From: a virus
Direction: 5' to 3' (one strand)
DNA: 64,000 nt
IMG/VR virus record: IMGVR_UViG_3300027708_000060
Span: 7,938-71,937 of that record
Part shown: positions 55,509 through 64,000 of the stretch, piece after piece
Layout of the letters: each line of letters begins with the position of its first letter
Position numbering within the stretch: position 1 is the stretch's first letter
Made by a program: the position numbers and the translations under genes
The notes under the pieces: generated by a model
Databases searched by the model: none
What the model was told of the DNA's origin: nothing
What the model saw: only the letters and a program-made list of their open reading frames with translations

Positions 55509-56297
55509 TTAAAGATACCGTTTTTTAGTGCGGTAAAGCTTTTTATAAACCCCGCCTACTTCCTTGCCGCCAGGCCCTTGCCTATCTTTTTCGTACTGTT
55601 CTGTTAACAAATTTTGGCTTACCCTAAATTCATCGGAAGGGTTAGTGATAATTTTTGAAGACCACTCATCTCTTTTAAAAGGGGTAATCTGGGCTATAGG
55701 GGTTCCTGCGGGTAAAACCCCACTAAACGTATTCTTAACAAGGAATGGAAAATTTATAGGCCTAAAATAAGAGTCTGTATCTACAACCCCACCAAGGGTA
55801 TAAAAGGGTAGGTATGGGGAATTAGATGGATGACTTATCAAAGAGCTATACCCAGCTGGAGTTTTGATTACATATGGGTTAATCCACTTATAGGCAAAGA
55901 CACAATACTCAGAAGAAAATGGCATACCCCCAAGTTGTTCTATGGGGTGCATACTTACTGGTTGATAGGATGTATTAAAAGCCCCGGATATTGTATGGTG
56001 ACCTTTTTCCTCATCATACTTAAATGTATAGTCTCTAGCGGTAACAATATAGTACCCTAAAGTTAAAACATCTAACACAGGAATGCAACGTTTAATTGTA
56101 AAATTAGTGTGCGTAACATTTTCTTCTTCATGAGTAATTGAAGTTCTAATAGTAAGGTCTTTATACCAGTCAGGTATTTTATCTATGCCCCTTACTATAT
56201 TTACGGGGGAACTATTTAAATCAGTATCAGTAAGCAAAAACTCAATTGTGTTATCTTTTGTTGGCGTAATGCTTAATTTTTTATTATTTTTAAACAT
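55509..56297 (-). CDS. conserved phage protein, possible dUTPase-like beta-clip fold (paralog 2)
   Basis: IPDWYK, T.KRC.P..D....GY, KW.NP..I.TP.GYS, G.VDTD, GTP.AQ..PF.R..W. Confidence 0.65.
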   Translation of the reverse strand: MFKNNKKLSITPTKDNTIEFLLTDTDLNSSPVNIVRGIDKIPDWYKDLTIRTSITHEEENVTHTNFTIKRCIPVLDVLTLGYYIVTARDYTFKYDEEKGHHTISGAFNTSYQPVSMHPIEQLGGMPFSSEYCVFAYKWINPYVIKTPAGYSSLISHPSNSPYLPFYTLGGVVDTDSYFRPINFPFLVKNTFSGVLPAGTPIAQITPFKRDEWSSKIITNPSDEFRVSQNLLTEQYEKDRQGPGGKEVGGVYKKLYRTKKRYL

Positions 56298-57048
56298 CTG
56301 TATCATTTCTATATTTTTTAGGTACCCAAAGTTTAGACCTATAATAACCAAATTGCACAGACCTAGCTTTATTGGCAATAAATTTTTCTTTAGGACCGGC
56401 TACTTTAGAGGTAGCCATCCATTCTTGCCGATTAATCGGTATTAACTGAGCAAAAGGAGTTCCTTTTTCAATAACACCTGTCCAACCTTCTTTCAAAAAG
56501 AAAGGAATATTTCCATGAGGGACATATCTATCACTGTCTACTATAGCGGATAATGTTGTAAAAGGTAATTGTGCTTGGTTTAAAGGATGTGTAACAAGCA
56601 CGCTCCACCCCTTAGGAACTTCCCAACCCCATTTACTATCCCATACCATGTGATTGTGAGAATGACCGGCAGGACGTGGAATCGTATACCCAATAGCTCC
56701 ATTTCTTTCTTTAACCATTCCCCAATCAATGGCGCTATAAATATTTTCCCCCTTAGAATTTTTATCTAAATATTTGTACTTAATTTCTACCCCGTCATTT
56801 TTAGTAATTTCAATATCAACCCAAGTAGTAAGAAAATAACCTGAATTAAGAGCATCAAGAAATGGCATGCAAGATTTCATACCTGCAGCTTTTAAATCTG
56901 GGGTACTCATATCTAAAGCACCAGTTTCTCTATTAATAAAAGATTCCCCTTCTTTCCACCAATTAGGTAAAATTGATGCTGCGGGTATTGGAATATTAAT
57001 TGGAAGAGTGTATCCAGAATCTAGTACAAACTCTATTTTTTTATACAT
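56290..57048 (-). CDS. conserved phage protein, possible dUTPase-like beta-clip fold (paralog 1)
   Basis: LP.WWK, K.C.PF.DA...GY, P.GWS.L.THP.N, PF.TL...VDSD, GTP.AQLIP..R..W. Confidence 0.65.
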   Translation of the reverse strand: MYKKIEFVLDSGYTLPINIPIPAASILPNWWKEGESFINRETGALDMSTPDLKAAGMKSCMPFLDALNSGYFLTTWVDIEITKNDGVEIKYKYLDKNSKGENIYSAIDWGMVKERNGAIGYTIPRPAGHSHNHMVWDSKWGWEVPKGWSVLVTHPLNQAQLPFTTLSAIVDSDRYVPHGNIPFFLKEGWTGVIEKGTPFAQLIPINRQEWMATSKVAGPKEKFIANKARSVQFGYYRSKLWVPKKYRNDTDV

Positions 57049-57064
57049 TTTGCCTCCTTAAAAG

Positions 57065-57400
57065 TTATTTTATAAACTTATTGTTTTTATATTTATATCC
57101 AACTTTAACCATAGTAAGGTCTAATACTTCAACAATTTTTGGATTACTTAATAAAATAGCAGCTAATCTTTCTTGACAGTGCATGATCTCTACTACTTCA
57201 TCATCTATTATAAAAGCAAGATGTTTATTAACAGAAGAGGTATCTGGCAATAAATTTTGTTCTATAATATTTTTCATTTGTAAGTCTTTATACCAATGAA
57301 AATGAAAACCTAATTTATGCGGCAAAGATTTTATAAAGTTTTTTCTTTTGTTATTTTTGTATTGTTTAAGTTCTTCTTTGTACCGATTTTTAAATGCCAT
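57065..57400 (-). CDS. hypothetical protein, fibre-chaperone-like
   Basis: LAFIIDDEVVEI.....RLAAILLSNP.IVE...G.KY....F. Confidence 0.6.
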   Translation of the reverse strand: MAFKNRYKEELKQYKNNKRKNFIKSLPHKLGFHFHWYKDLQMKNIIEQNLLPDTSSVNKHLAFIIDDEVVEIMHCQERLAAILLSNPKIVEVLDLTMVKVGYKYKNNKFIK

Positions 57401-57408
57401 TTTTATCC

Positions 57409-58533
57409 CTAAATTGTTATAAAGTCTACTTCGTAACTAGAAAATGTAGTGCCCTGTGCATAGTTTGCTGGAGCAAGAATTATACCATGAGTTGTAGTTG
57501 CTGTGTAACTTGGGGCTGTATAGGTCTGATCAGAGCCAATTTGACTGCCAAATCCTGAAGCTGAATAGGCCCTAACAGTTATGTTTCCTGTTGATCCGTA
57601 TATTAATGTTTTAAGGCCAACAACTAAAGATGAAAAAGTAAACGTTGCTGCCGTAGTAATTGTTCCAGCTATAGACTTAAGAACATTTACTGTATAGGCA
57701 TAAGAGTACGTAGTTGTATAATATGGCGCATTAGTTCCAGTAGCGCAAGTATAATTATAAGCTGCGTTACTTCCTGAAGGACAGGAAAAAGAATTTCCAG
57801 TGTTACTACCACCATCAGGACAAGAATAATTATACGTCGGGTTAACTCCAGAACATGAATAATAAGTGGTTGGATTAGTTCCGATAGCACATGTATAGGA
57901 ATTGTAATAACTGCCGTAAACGTAAGAATAACAGGTGCCATAGATAGTATTTCCAGGGGTAGAGCAAGTACCAAAATAGATATTTCCACCACCAGTACAT
58001 GTACCATAGTTGGGATTTCCAGCGTTATAGCAAGTGCCGTAGTTAGTAGTAGCGGGGGAATAACAAGTACCGTAGCTAGTACTACCAGCTACATATTGAG
58101 TTTGAGAGTTTTGAGTTTCATTAGTAGCCGTAGCCCACCAGTTATTGCTATCAGTCACCCAAAAAGCAGCACCAACACCTGGAGTTAAGCCATCTTGAAG
58201 AATCGTTACATCTGTAGAACCAAAGTCAATAGTTGCAATTGGGTATGTACTGGCAGCAGAATTAGCTGTTGCTGTGTTACTTACAATGCCCCAAGCACCG
58301 CGAATGTTACTCCAAGTTTTAATTCCATCAGGAGAGCCTAAAGAAGTGGCGCTAGTAGTACGTTGAAAGTTATCTAAGAAAGTAGATAAAAACCATTTTT
58401 TCCATACACCGCTAACTTTAACCCAACCAGAGGTTACGTTATGCCAACCAGAGGCCCCCCCTGTAGTTACCTTTACAAATATAGTTTTAGCGGCATGGTT
58501 CCAAGACCCACCTACTTTAATCTGACCTTGCAT
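57409..58533 (-). CDS. tail fibre / receptor-binding protein with ten regularly spaced Cys
   Basis: N-terminal KV.G.W repeats, DNF.R lectin-like domain, 5x GTC plus 5x (Y/F)(T/S)C repeats. Confidence 0.7.
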   Translation of the reverse strand: MQGQIKVGGSWNHAAKTIFVKVTTGGASGWHNVTSGWVKVSGVWKKWFLSTFLDNFQRTTSATSLGSPDGIKTWSNIRGAWGIVSNTATANSAASTYPIATIDFGSTDVTILQDGLTPGVGAAFWVTDSNNWWATATNETQNSQTQYVAGSTSYGTCYSPATTNYGTCYNAGNPNYGTCTGGGNIYFGTCSTPGNTIYGTCYSYVYGSYYNSYTCAIGTNPTTYYSCSGVNPTYNYSCPDGGSNTGNSFSCPSGSNAAYNYTCATGTNAPYYTTTYSYAYTVNVLKSIAGTITTAATFTFSSLVVGLKTLIYGSTGNITVRAYSASGFGSQIGSDQTYTAPSYTATTTHGIILAPANYAQGTTFSSYEVDFITI

Positions 58534-59456
58534 TATACGTAGACCAACCAAATATCTCCATCAAGATATCCTGTGGTAGTAGAAGGTGCCGCAGTGTTTA
58601 AATAAATATTACGAACTACGCCAGAAGATGTGTTTGCTGCAGTAACCGCAGCGTTAGCTGTAGCTAGGTAGGTAGTTGGGGTAGCCCATGTTGCGGTCGT
58701 ACCATTGCTTGTTAAAACGGTTCCAGAGGCCCCTAGACCGAGTCTAGAAACAGCCCCAGCTCCTGACCCTAGGATAAGGTCTCCAACCGCTGTAACGGTC
58801 GCTAGAGGGATTTTAGAGGTATCTGTAGGGATAGCCCAAGCAGCAGTAGTGCCATTGCTTACAAGAGCATATCCGGTAGTACCGATACCTAAACGACCGA
58901 CCGTAGCATTTCCAGTTCCAAGTATAAGATCACCGGCAGTTGTTACGGTAGATAAAGGAATCTTAGCTGCCGCAGCAGTTGATGCCGCAGAGGTAGCAGA
59001 AGTTAAAGTTGTATAGTCTGAACTACCTACATAGAGAACGTTACTTCCGCTAACTTGTGGTAGGCCAGTAGAGCTTAGGGTAAAGATTCCTGCGGTAAGA
59101 AGATTATTAGTTCCGGAACTTGTAGTAAGAGTTAATCCTGGGGCAGCGGTTGCTGTAGTTACGGTAATTGTGCTTCCACCGGATTTAAAAACATAAGGTC
59201 CAGAAGACGTACCTTGTAAAATTCCCGCCTCAATATTAGCAATACGATCATAGAGAGTTCCCCAAGTTGTACTTTGAGAGAACGACCCAGACCATGTAGA
59301 GACAAGAGGATTTTGTGACGTGGCCGCACTACCGATAACTGTCTCAATCTGCTTTACTTCTTCTTGCAGAGAGTTAACGTTGTCAGCAATAACGGTGTTT
59401 ACAAGGTCCTGTTGAGCGGTGTAGTTTCGTACGCTATTAGGAAATACAGCTGTCAT
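58533..59456 (-). CDS. tail fibre protein
   Basis: A..VN.LQEE...IE..IG start, two GDLILG.G...RL..G..G.(A/V)L.SNGT...W repeats, GDIWL end. Confidence 0.75.
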   Translation of the reverse strand: MTAVFPNSVRNYTAQQDLVNTVIADNVNSLQEEVKQIETVIGSAATSQNPLVSTWSGSFSQSTTWGTLYDRIANIEAGILQGTSSGPYVFKSGGSTITVTTATAAPGLTLTTSSGTNNLLTAGIFTLSSTGLPQVSGSNVLYVGSSDYTTLTSATSAASTAAAAKIPLSTVTTAGDLILGTGNATVGRLGIGTTGYALVSNGTTAAWAIPTDTSKIPLATVTAVGDLILGSGAGAVSRLGLGASGTVLTSNGTTATWATPTTYLATANAAVTAANTSSGVVRNIYLNTAAPSTTTGYLDGDIWLVYV

Positions 59457-59500
59457 GGTGCTCCTTAGTTATGCCCCTACTATAGCAGGAGGGATATCTA

Positions 59501-60058
59501 TTAGGAAGGGTTTATACGCTTAAAATTATCTATAATGGCTTCCACATAGTTACTAGGAATGTCCATAGTAAGTAGTTTGGAAAATATAGCTTTTGACTCT
59601 TCGGCTCTTCCTATCCACCAACCAGCAACCGCTTTTTCAAACTCTAGGGCAAAGTTTCCAGGGTAACCTACATCAACGGGCAGGGGCGTTTGCTCAACTT
59701 TAGAAAGGCCCATAACTGCCCAGGTATAGGCTTCATGCCATTCCGCTTTTTGTTCATGATACTGGGCCATAATAAAATAAGCTTCAGGACGATCCGGGTT
59801 AACTATCAAAGCTTGGCGCCAACAATTAAGTACCGTATGCTCTCTGTTATTTTGGGTAGAAAGACAAACCGCCATTTTTAATAGGGAAGCATACGCCAGG
59901 TCATTGTGGGTATCTACCCCATATTCAGCAGTCCTCAAATAAAAGGTTATAGCAGAAGCTGCTTGCTTAAGATCTTCGTACTTAACCGCTACCCTAAAGT
60001 TTAACTCCGGGTTAAAAGGATCCTTAGACAGGTCTACTATCAACTCTTCAATTCTCAT
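59501..60058 (-). CDS. TPR-repeat protein
   Basis: A.SA..FYLR.AEYG and P.RPEAYF helical repeats. Confidence 0.7.
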   Translation of the reverse strand: MRIEELIVDLSKDPFNPELNFRVAVKYEDLKQAASAITFYLRTAEYGVDTHNDLAYASLLKMAVCLSTQNNREHTVLNCWRQALIVNPDRPEAYFIMAQYHEQKAEWHEAYTWAVMGLSKVEQTPLPVDVGYPGNFALEFEKAVAGWWIGRAEESKAIFSKLLTMDIPSNYVEAIIDNFKRINPS

Positions 60059-61037
60059 AGTTAAGGGCCTCCACGATTAATTCCTCTACCAATATACCTG
60101 GAGTACGAATAATGAAAGCGCAGTTATCGCTGACGCTAAAGCTTAGGAGTAGATCCCTATCAAGCTCTGCCGCTCCAACGCAGAATTCAATTCGAGCATC
60201 TAGGAAAGAGAAGGGTTTAGATAAACCTACTAGATCTAGATTGTTATTCCAGACACATAATCTATGACGATAGATGCCGTCTTTTTGAATTAAGTAATTT
60301 TTAAATAGATCTACTTCATGGGTGATTGAGATGTAACCGTCACCCCATCTGACAAGTTGAGACCCCCCACGTTGATCTTTGTTTGGTCTGATACCTTGCT
60401 TGAGGGATACTTGTTTGGTAGTTTTGATCTCTGGGATGTATTGCACAACTTCCACAGGAGAAGCCCACTTAATAAAATTATAAGGACTATCAGCAATAGG
60501 CATCCAGTTTTTTTCACAGTATGATGTATCAGGTTCTGGAGTCGGGATACGATCACGGCTAACCTCTTTAACAGTCCAAGTTTCTTTATCAATATCTATC
60601 TGGGTAAGTTCCATACGACCTTGACCACTAGTTGTGGTATCACGCCGCACCCCAATAATATAATACTTATTATCCCATTGAACAAGGCGAGCATCTTCTA
60701 AACCAACAAACTCCCAGATAGGAGTGTGTAGATTTAACATCTCTATTATTGTGTGGTTAATAACTTCAAGGTTTTTATCTAACCTTACTAAGTAGTTTTC
60801 AGTAATTAAACGTTGATCTTTTTCAGGGTGTAGGTATGCCAAAGGGCCCCAGGGTGAGGGAAAGAGTTGTTTATTCTCAGAGTGGTATAACGTATAGTTA
60901 GTAGCCCTGACGTTAACTAAGATGTCCCCATCACTATCTATGTAGATAGATGGATTCATCAAAGCTGTAAGATCGTGTGGAAAAACTATGGGGGCTAACT
61001 TACCGCCTTGTTCTACCGCCCTCTGCACCAAATTCAT
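60048..61037 (-). CDS. beta-propeller glycosidase-like protein (GH43/GH130-like fold)
   Basis: NPSI, GLEDARL, CEKNW.P, RGGSQL and IEFC.G motifs. Confidence 0.65.
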   Translation of the reverse strand: MNLVQRAVEQGGKLAPIVFPHDLTALMNPSIYIDSDGDILVNVRATNYTLYHSENKQLFPSPWGPLAYLHPEKDQRLITENYLVRLDKNLEVINHTIIEMLNLHTPIWEFVGLEDARLVQWDNKYYIIGVRRDTTTSGQGRMELTQIDIDKETWTVKEVSRDRIPTPEPDTSYCEKNWMPIADSPYNFIKWASPVEVVQYIPEIKTTKQVSLKQGIRPNKDQRGGSQLVRWGDGYISITHEVDLFKNYLIQKDGIYRHRLCVWNNNLDLVGLSKPFSFLDARIEFCVGAAELDRDLLLSFSVSDNCAFIIRTPGILVEELIVEALNYEN

Positions 61038-61042
61038 GGTGT

Positions 61043-61324
61043 TTAGTCTACAGTAGGGTTAGCCACCTGAGCGACTAGGGCATTAATCTCTTCTTGGGTT
61101 AATCCCATATCAATTAGTTTTTGAGTAGCAGAGTCTATAGGCGCCACTGGTTCAGGGGCTGTAAAGCGCCCTGTCTCTGCATCATAAGTCCAACCAATTC
61201 CCGCTGGATTCTCATCTGTATATTCAATTAATTCTGCGCCCATAACTCTAGCCGCATCTTCTTTATCATCAGCAACTATTACATTGCTTACTATATTACC
61301 GCCCATTACTGCATATGTAGCCAT
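61043..61324 (-). CDS. small fibre-associated protein
   Basis: MATYAV....V.NVIVAD...AGIGWTYD...F pattern; AAGGAG RBS. Confidence 0.65.
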   Translation of the reverse strand: MATYAVMGGNIVSNVIVADDKEDAARVMGAELIEYTDENPAGIGWTYDAETGRFTAPEPVAPIDSATQKLIDMGLTQEEINALVAQVANPTVD

Positions 61325-61336
61325 TTTTATTTCTCC

Positions 61337-62161
61337 TTAGTAGTAAAGGTATACAACGCCGTTACCGCCTGAGCCAGCAGTACCTGAGTTACAAGCCGCT
61401 CCGCCCCCACCCCCACCTGAACCACCATTTCCGCCATTATTACCAGAAGCGGCTGAGCCGTTTGATGTGTAACCAGCGCCCCCGCCACCAGCGCCGAAAG
61501 ATGTTCCTGTGCCTGATGAACCAGCACCGCCATTGTAAAAATCGCCTTGACCGCCAGCGCCACCTGATGCTGCTAATGTTGTATTTACTGAACCACCACC
61601 ACCAGTAATCAAACCTCTTGCTGCGGCTACTGTGCTTGTTCCACCATTGTTTGCGCCGCCTCCACCTGAAACTCCTGCCCCGCCTGAACCACCAGAAGTT
61701 CCCCCACCACCTGCGTAACCAACAGCATTTGTAGCAGCAGCAGGTGCGCCCGTATAAGAAATTGTTGAAGTGGCGGATTGATTGGGAGTTGTTGCACCCC
61801 CACCTGCTCCACCACTATTGGTAGCCGCACCTGAACCGCCACCAGCAAAAACCATTCCGTAAATACTTGCACCGCCGTTTGCGCCCGCCGTTGCCGCTGA
61901 GGTTCCAGTACCGCCAGCGCCGACAGTTACGGAAGTTGTAACATAAGTCCAACCAGCAGAATAACCACCTGCTCCCCCGCCATTTGCGGAAGTTGTTGAT
62001 GAAGCCCCTGCGCCACCACCGCCAATAACAACGGCGTAAACTCTGTTAATACCAGCAGGGATGGTTACTGAAAAAGTTCCAGGTGTGGCAAAAGTTTGCC
62101 GTAACTGAAGCCCATAAGGAGAATCGGTAAATGATGAATTGTTATAGATAGATACGCTCAT
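61337..62161 (-). CDS. glycine-rich tail fibre / adhesin (copy 2)
   Basis: PYGLQL.QT, TIPAGI..VYA...GGGG, GGGGG runs, ends G.VYLYY. Confidence 0.75.
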   Translation of the reverse strand: MSVSIYNNSSFTDSPYGLQLRQTFATPGTFSVTIPAGINRVYAVVIGGGGAGASSTTSANGGGAGGYSAGWTYVTTSVTVGAGGTGTSAATAGANGGASIYGMVFAGGGSGAATNSGGAGGGATTPNQSATSTISYTGAPAAATNAVGYAGGGGTSGGSGGAGVSGGGGANNGGTSTVAAARGLITGGGGSVNTTLAASGGAGGQGDFYNGGAGSSGTGTSFGAGGGGAGYTSNGSAASGNNGGNGGSGGGGGGAACNSGTAGSGGNGVVYLYY

Positions 62162-62170
62162 AGTTTGCTC

Positions 62171-63091
62171 CTAGTAGAAAAGGTAAAGAATCCCTGCGCC
62201 GCCTGCGCCCGCGGTTGCTGGGGAACCACCACCCGCACCACCGCCGCCGCCACCACCAAGTCCACCAGCACCGCCAGTTGTACCAGAACCAGCAGTTCCG
62301 TTACCTGCAACTCCGCCACCACCACCGCCACCTGCGCCAGCACTTGAACCTGAATTTACACCAGCACCGCCTGTTGTTTGTGCGCCAGTCAAAATGTTTA
62401 TTCCGTTACCACCATTGCCGCTAATGTTTCTTGTGCTTGATGATGCTGCACCAGCGCCGCCACCACCTGCTAAACCATTGCCACCATTTCCTGCTGTATT
62501 TGTTGCAGCAGTTGAGGCAGAAGCGTAACCACCATTACCGCCAGAAATTCCATCTCCACCTTTACTGCCAAGAGTAGTTGAAAGTGAACCAAAACCACCG
62601 CCACCGCCACCTCCAGTACCGCCAAATAAAATTCCTGTACCTGATGAACCAGCAATGCCGCCTGGAATTCCCCAATAATTTGTTGCACCAGCAGCATTAT
62701 AAGAACCAGCACCACCTAAAACACCAGCGCCACCTGCTCCGCCGCCACCGCCCGCAATGATATTTCCATATCGTGTATAACCACCTGAAGTGGCAGTAAG
62801 CCCACCATTTCCACCAGCGCCCACAACACAAGTTGAGTTTGCTAAAGTCCAACCCCAAGCGACTCCACCTGCTCCGCCACTACCACCACCACCACCAACT
62901 GCAATGGCATAAACAAAAGTAATACCTGCGGGGATGGTTACTGATGTAGTTCCAGCGTAGATTGTTTGTTGTAGTTGTAATCCATAAGGCAAGATGAAAT
63001 GTGTATTAGGAGTAGGCGTAGAAGATCCAGATGATGGATTCCAAGAAGAAACCTGTGAACTTACTTCGCCTCTAGGTAGATATTGATGCAT
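62171..63091 (-). CDS. glycine-rich tail fibre / adhesin (copy 1)
   Basis: PYGLQL.QT, TIPAGI..VYA...GGGG, GGGGG runs, ends GILYLFY. Confidence 0.75.
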   Translation of the reverse strand: MHQYLPRGEVSSQVSSWNPSSGSSTPTPNTHFILPYGLQLQQTIYAGTTSVTIPAGITFVYAIAVGGGGGSGGAGGVAWGWTLANSTCVVGAGGNGGLTATSGGYTRYGNIIAGGGGGAGGAGVLGGAGSYNAAGATNYWGIPGGIAGSSGTGILFGGTGGGGGGGFGSLSTTLGSKGGDGISGGNGGYASASTAATNTAGNGGNGLAGGGGAGAASSSTRNISGNGGNGINILTGAQTTGGAGVNSGSSAGAGGGGGGGVAGNGTAGSGTTGGAGGLGGGGGGGAGGGSPATAGAGGAGILYLFY

Positions 63092-63100
63092 ACCTAGACC

Positions 63101-64000
63101 TTAGACTATACGATTAACGTAGCCTGAAAGCGCAATGACGTTGGCTGTTGAAGCGTACGCATAGATTGCCGAATATAAAGTAGAAGACGTATTGTTAGAT
63201 AAAATTAATCCTGGCGTAATAAGAGTTAGACCAGATTGAGCGGGGATAGTAATAATCTGTTGTCCAGATATAAATGGAGATGCGCCTGTCTGAGCAATTC
63301 CATATTGAAGAGTTAACTGAGTAGCGGCGTTAGATAGGTTGTTTGCATAAAGCCAAACTTCATCAAGACCAGTACCTGTGTTGTTATGAATAAATGTACC
63401 TACTGTTGGAGATGCTGTAGCCGTACCAGTTTGAGAAGTAAGCGCACCAGTTGTTGTAGATAAGACTGGGGTTGTAAAGGTATAAGAGCCAGAAGAACCA
63501 CCGACGGCGGTAATTGGTGAAGAAGAGACGTTATAAGGAGAAGATGCGTTAGAAGCAGTAAGTAAACCAGTAACAGTAACTAATTGAGTAGTTGCAAACT
63601 GTACTGTTGATGTAGTTGTATAAACGGCGTTATATGAAGTCGCTGTACCAGTCTGAGCAGTTAATGCCACAGATAGTGATGGGCTGTAAGGCACAGATGC
63701 GGTAAATGTAGTAGTAGACGGTACGGATGTAATAATAATGTTAGCCAAGTTAGCCAAGGCGTTGTTGGTTCCTGTTAAACCTGTAATAGTAATTAGTTGG
63801 CCAATAACAAATCCGTGAGCCGCTGAAGTTGTATAGGAAATAACGTTAGATGGCGCAGTTAGTGTCGCTGCTGTAACGGTTGCGGTGGTAGTCGTAGGGG
63901 AGGCCACGGCGGTAACATAGATACCAGAGGCAAGGGTGGTAGAGGCTGCAGTAACGAGGGTCGGGTAGGAATAAGGTTGACCCGATAAGATTACCTTGCT
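63101..64000 (-). CDS. Thr-rich virion protein with two inserted beta-rich repeats, 5' truncated by the window edge
   Basis: frame open to 64000 (SKVILSG...); C-terminal IH...LDEVWLYA.N...IPAQSGL.L..PGL...GYVNRI. Confidence 0.7.
   Translation of the reverse strand, partial: SKVILSGQPYSYPTLVTAASTTLASGIYVTAVASPTTTTATVTAATLTAPSNVISYTTSAAHGFVIGQLITITGLTGTNNALANLANIIITSVPSTTTFTASVPYSPSLSVALTAQTGTATSYNAVYTTTSTVQFATTQLVTVTGLLTASNASSPYNVSSSPITAVGGSSGSYTFTTPVLSTTTGALTSQTGTATASPTVGTFIHNNTGTGLDEVWLYANNLSNAATQLTLQYGIAQTGASPFISGQQIITIPAQSGLTLITPGLILSNNTSSTLYSAIYAYASTANVIALSGYVNRIV

Noticed and set aside
62215-62760. His/Arg/Gln-rich plus-strand ORFs
   Set aside because: Antisense reading of glycine-rich codon runs
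57409-63091. Diversity-generating retroelement or invertible fibre cassette
   Set aside because: No reverse transcriptase, recombinase or near-identical template/variable repeat pair was recognised
1-64000. tRNA, tmRNA or CRISPR arrays
   Set aside because: Intergenic gaps are short and none showed a cloverleaf or regular repeats by eye; tRNAscan-SE and array finders were not run

Overview
A 64-kb segment of a large contractile-tailed (myovirus-type) dsDNA phage that probably infects an actinobacterium. The host inference rests on two WhiB genes, a BldC-like regulator, an MSMEG_6728-like glycosylase, leaderless-style promoters and AGAAAGGA ribosome sites; the moderate GC content would fit a freshwater low-GC actinobacterial host. 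Positions 1-3214 are a short plus-strand block (VWA protein, DenV-like glycosylase, HicA-like gene). Almost everything else is on the minus strand. In transcription order: tail fibres and glyco-enzymes, neck genes, sheath, tube, chaperone, tape measure with M23, baseplate, then replication (initiator, DnaC, DnaB, primase, dNMP kinase, SNF2 helicase, SSB-like, PolA), recombination (RecA, Cas4-like, two PD-(D/E)XK nucleases), SpoVS, a metallophosphoesterase, lysis genes, a run of basic low-complexity orphans, a nucleotidyltransferase / HAD-like / TGT-like cluster and a class II RNR. No tRNA, CRISPR array, integrase, reverse transcriptase or intein was recognised. The best leads are: the NTase-ZnF-HAD-TGT cluster with apparently degenerate catalytic sites; a hairpin displaying the 16S anti-Shine-Dalgarno sequence before polA; sub-60-aa ORFs missing from the ORF track (QLSLF clamp-motif peptide, 55%-acidic peptide, Lys/Cys-rich peptides); a baseplate gene apparently split by an inserted tail-fibre cassette; a candidate +1 frameshift before the tape measure gene; and a fibre with a mirror-symmetric cysteine ladder. 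All calls are by-eye motif recognition without database searches.
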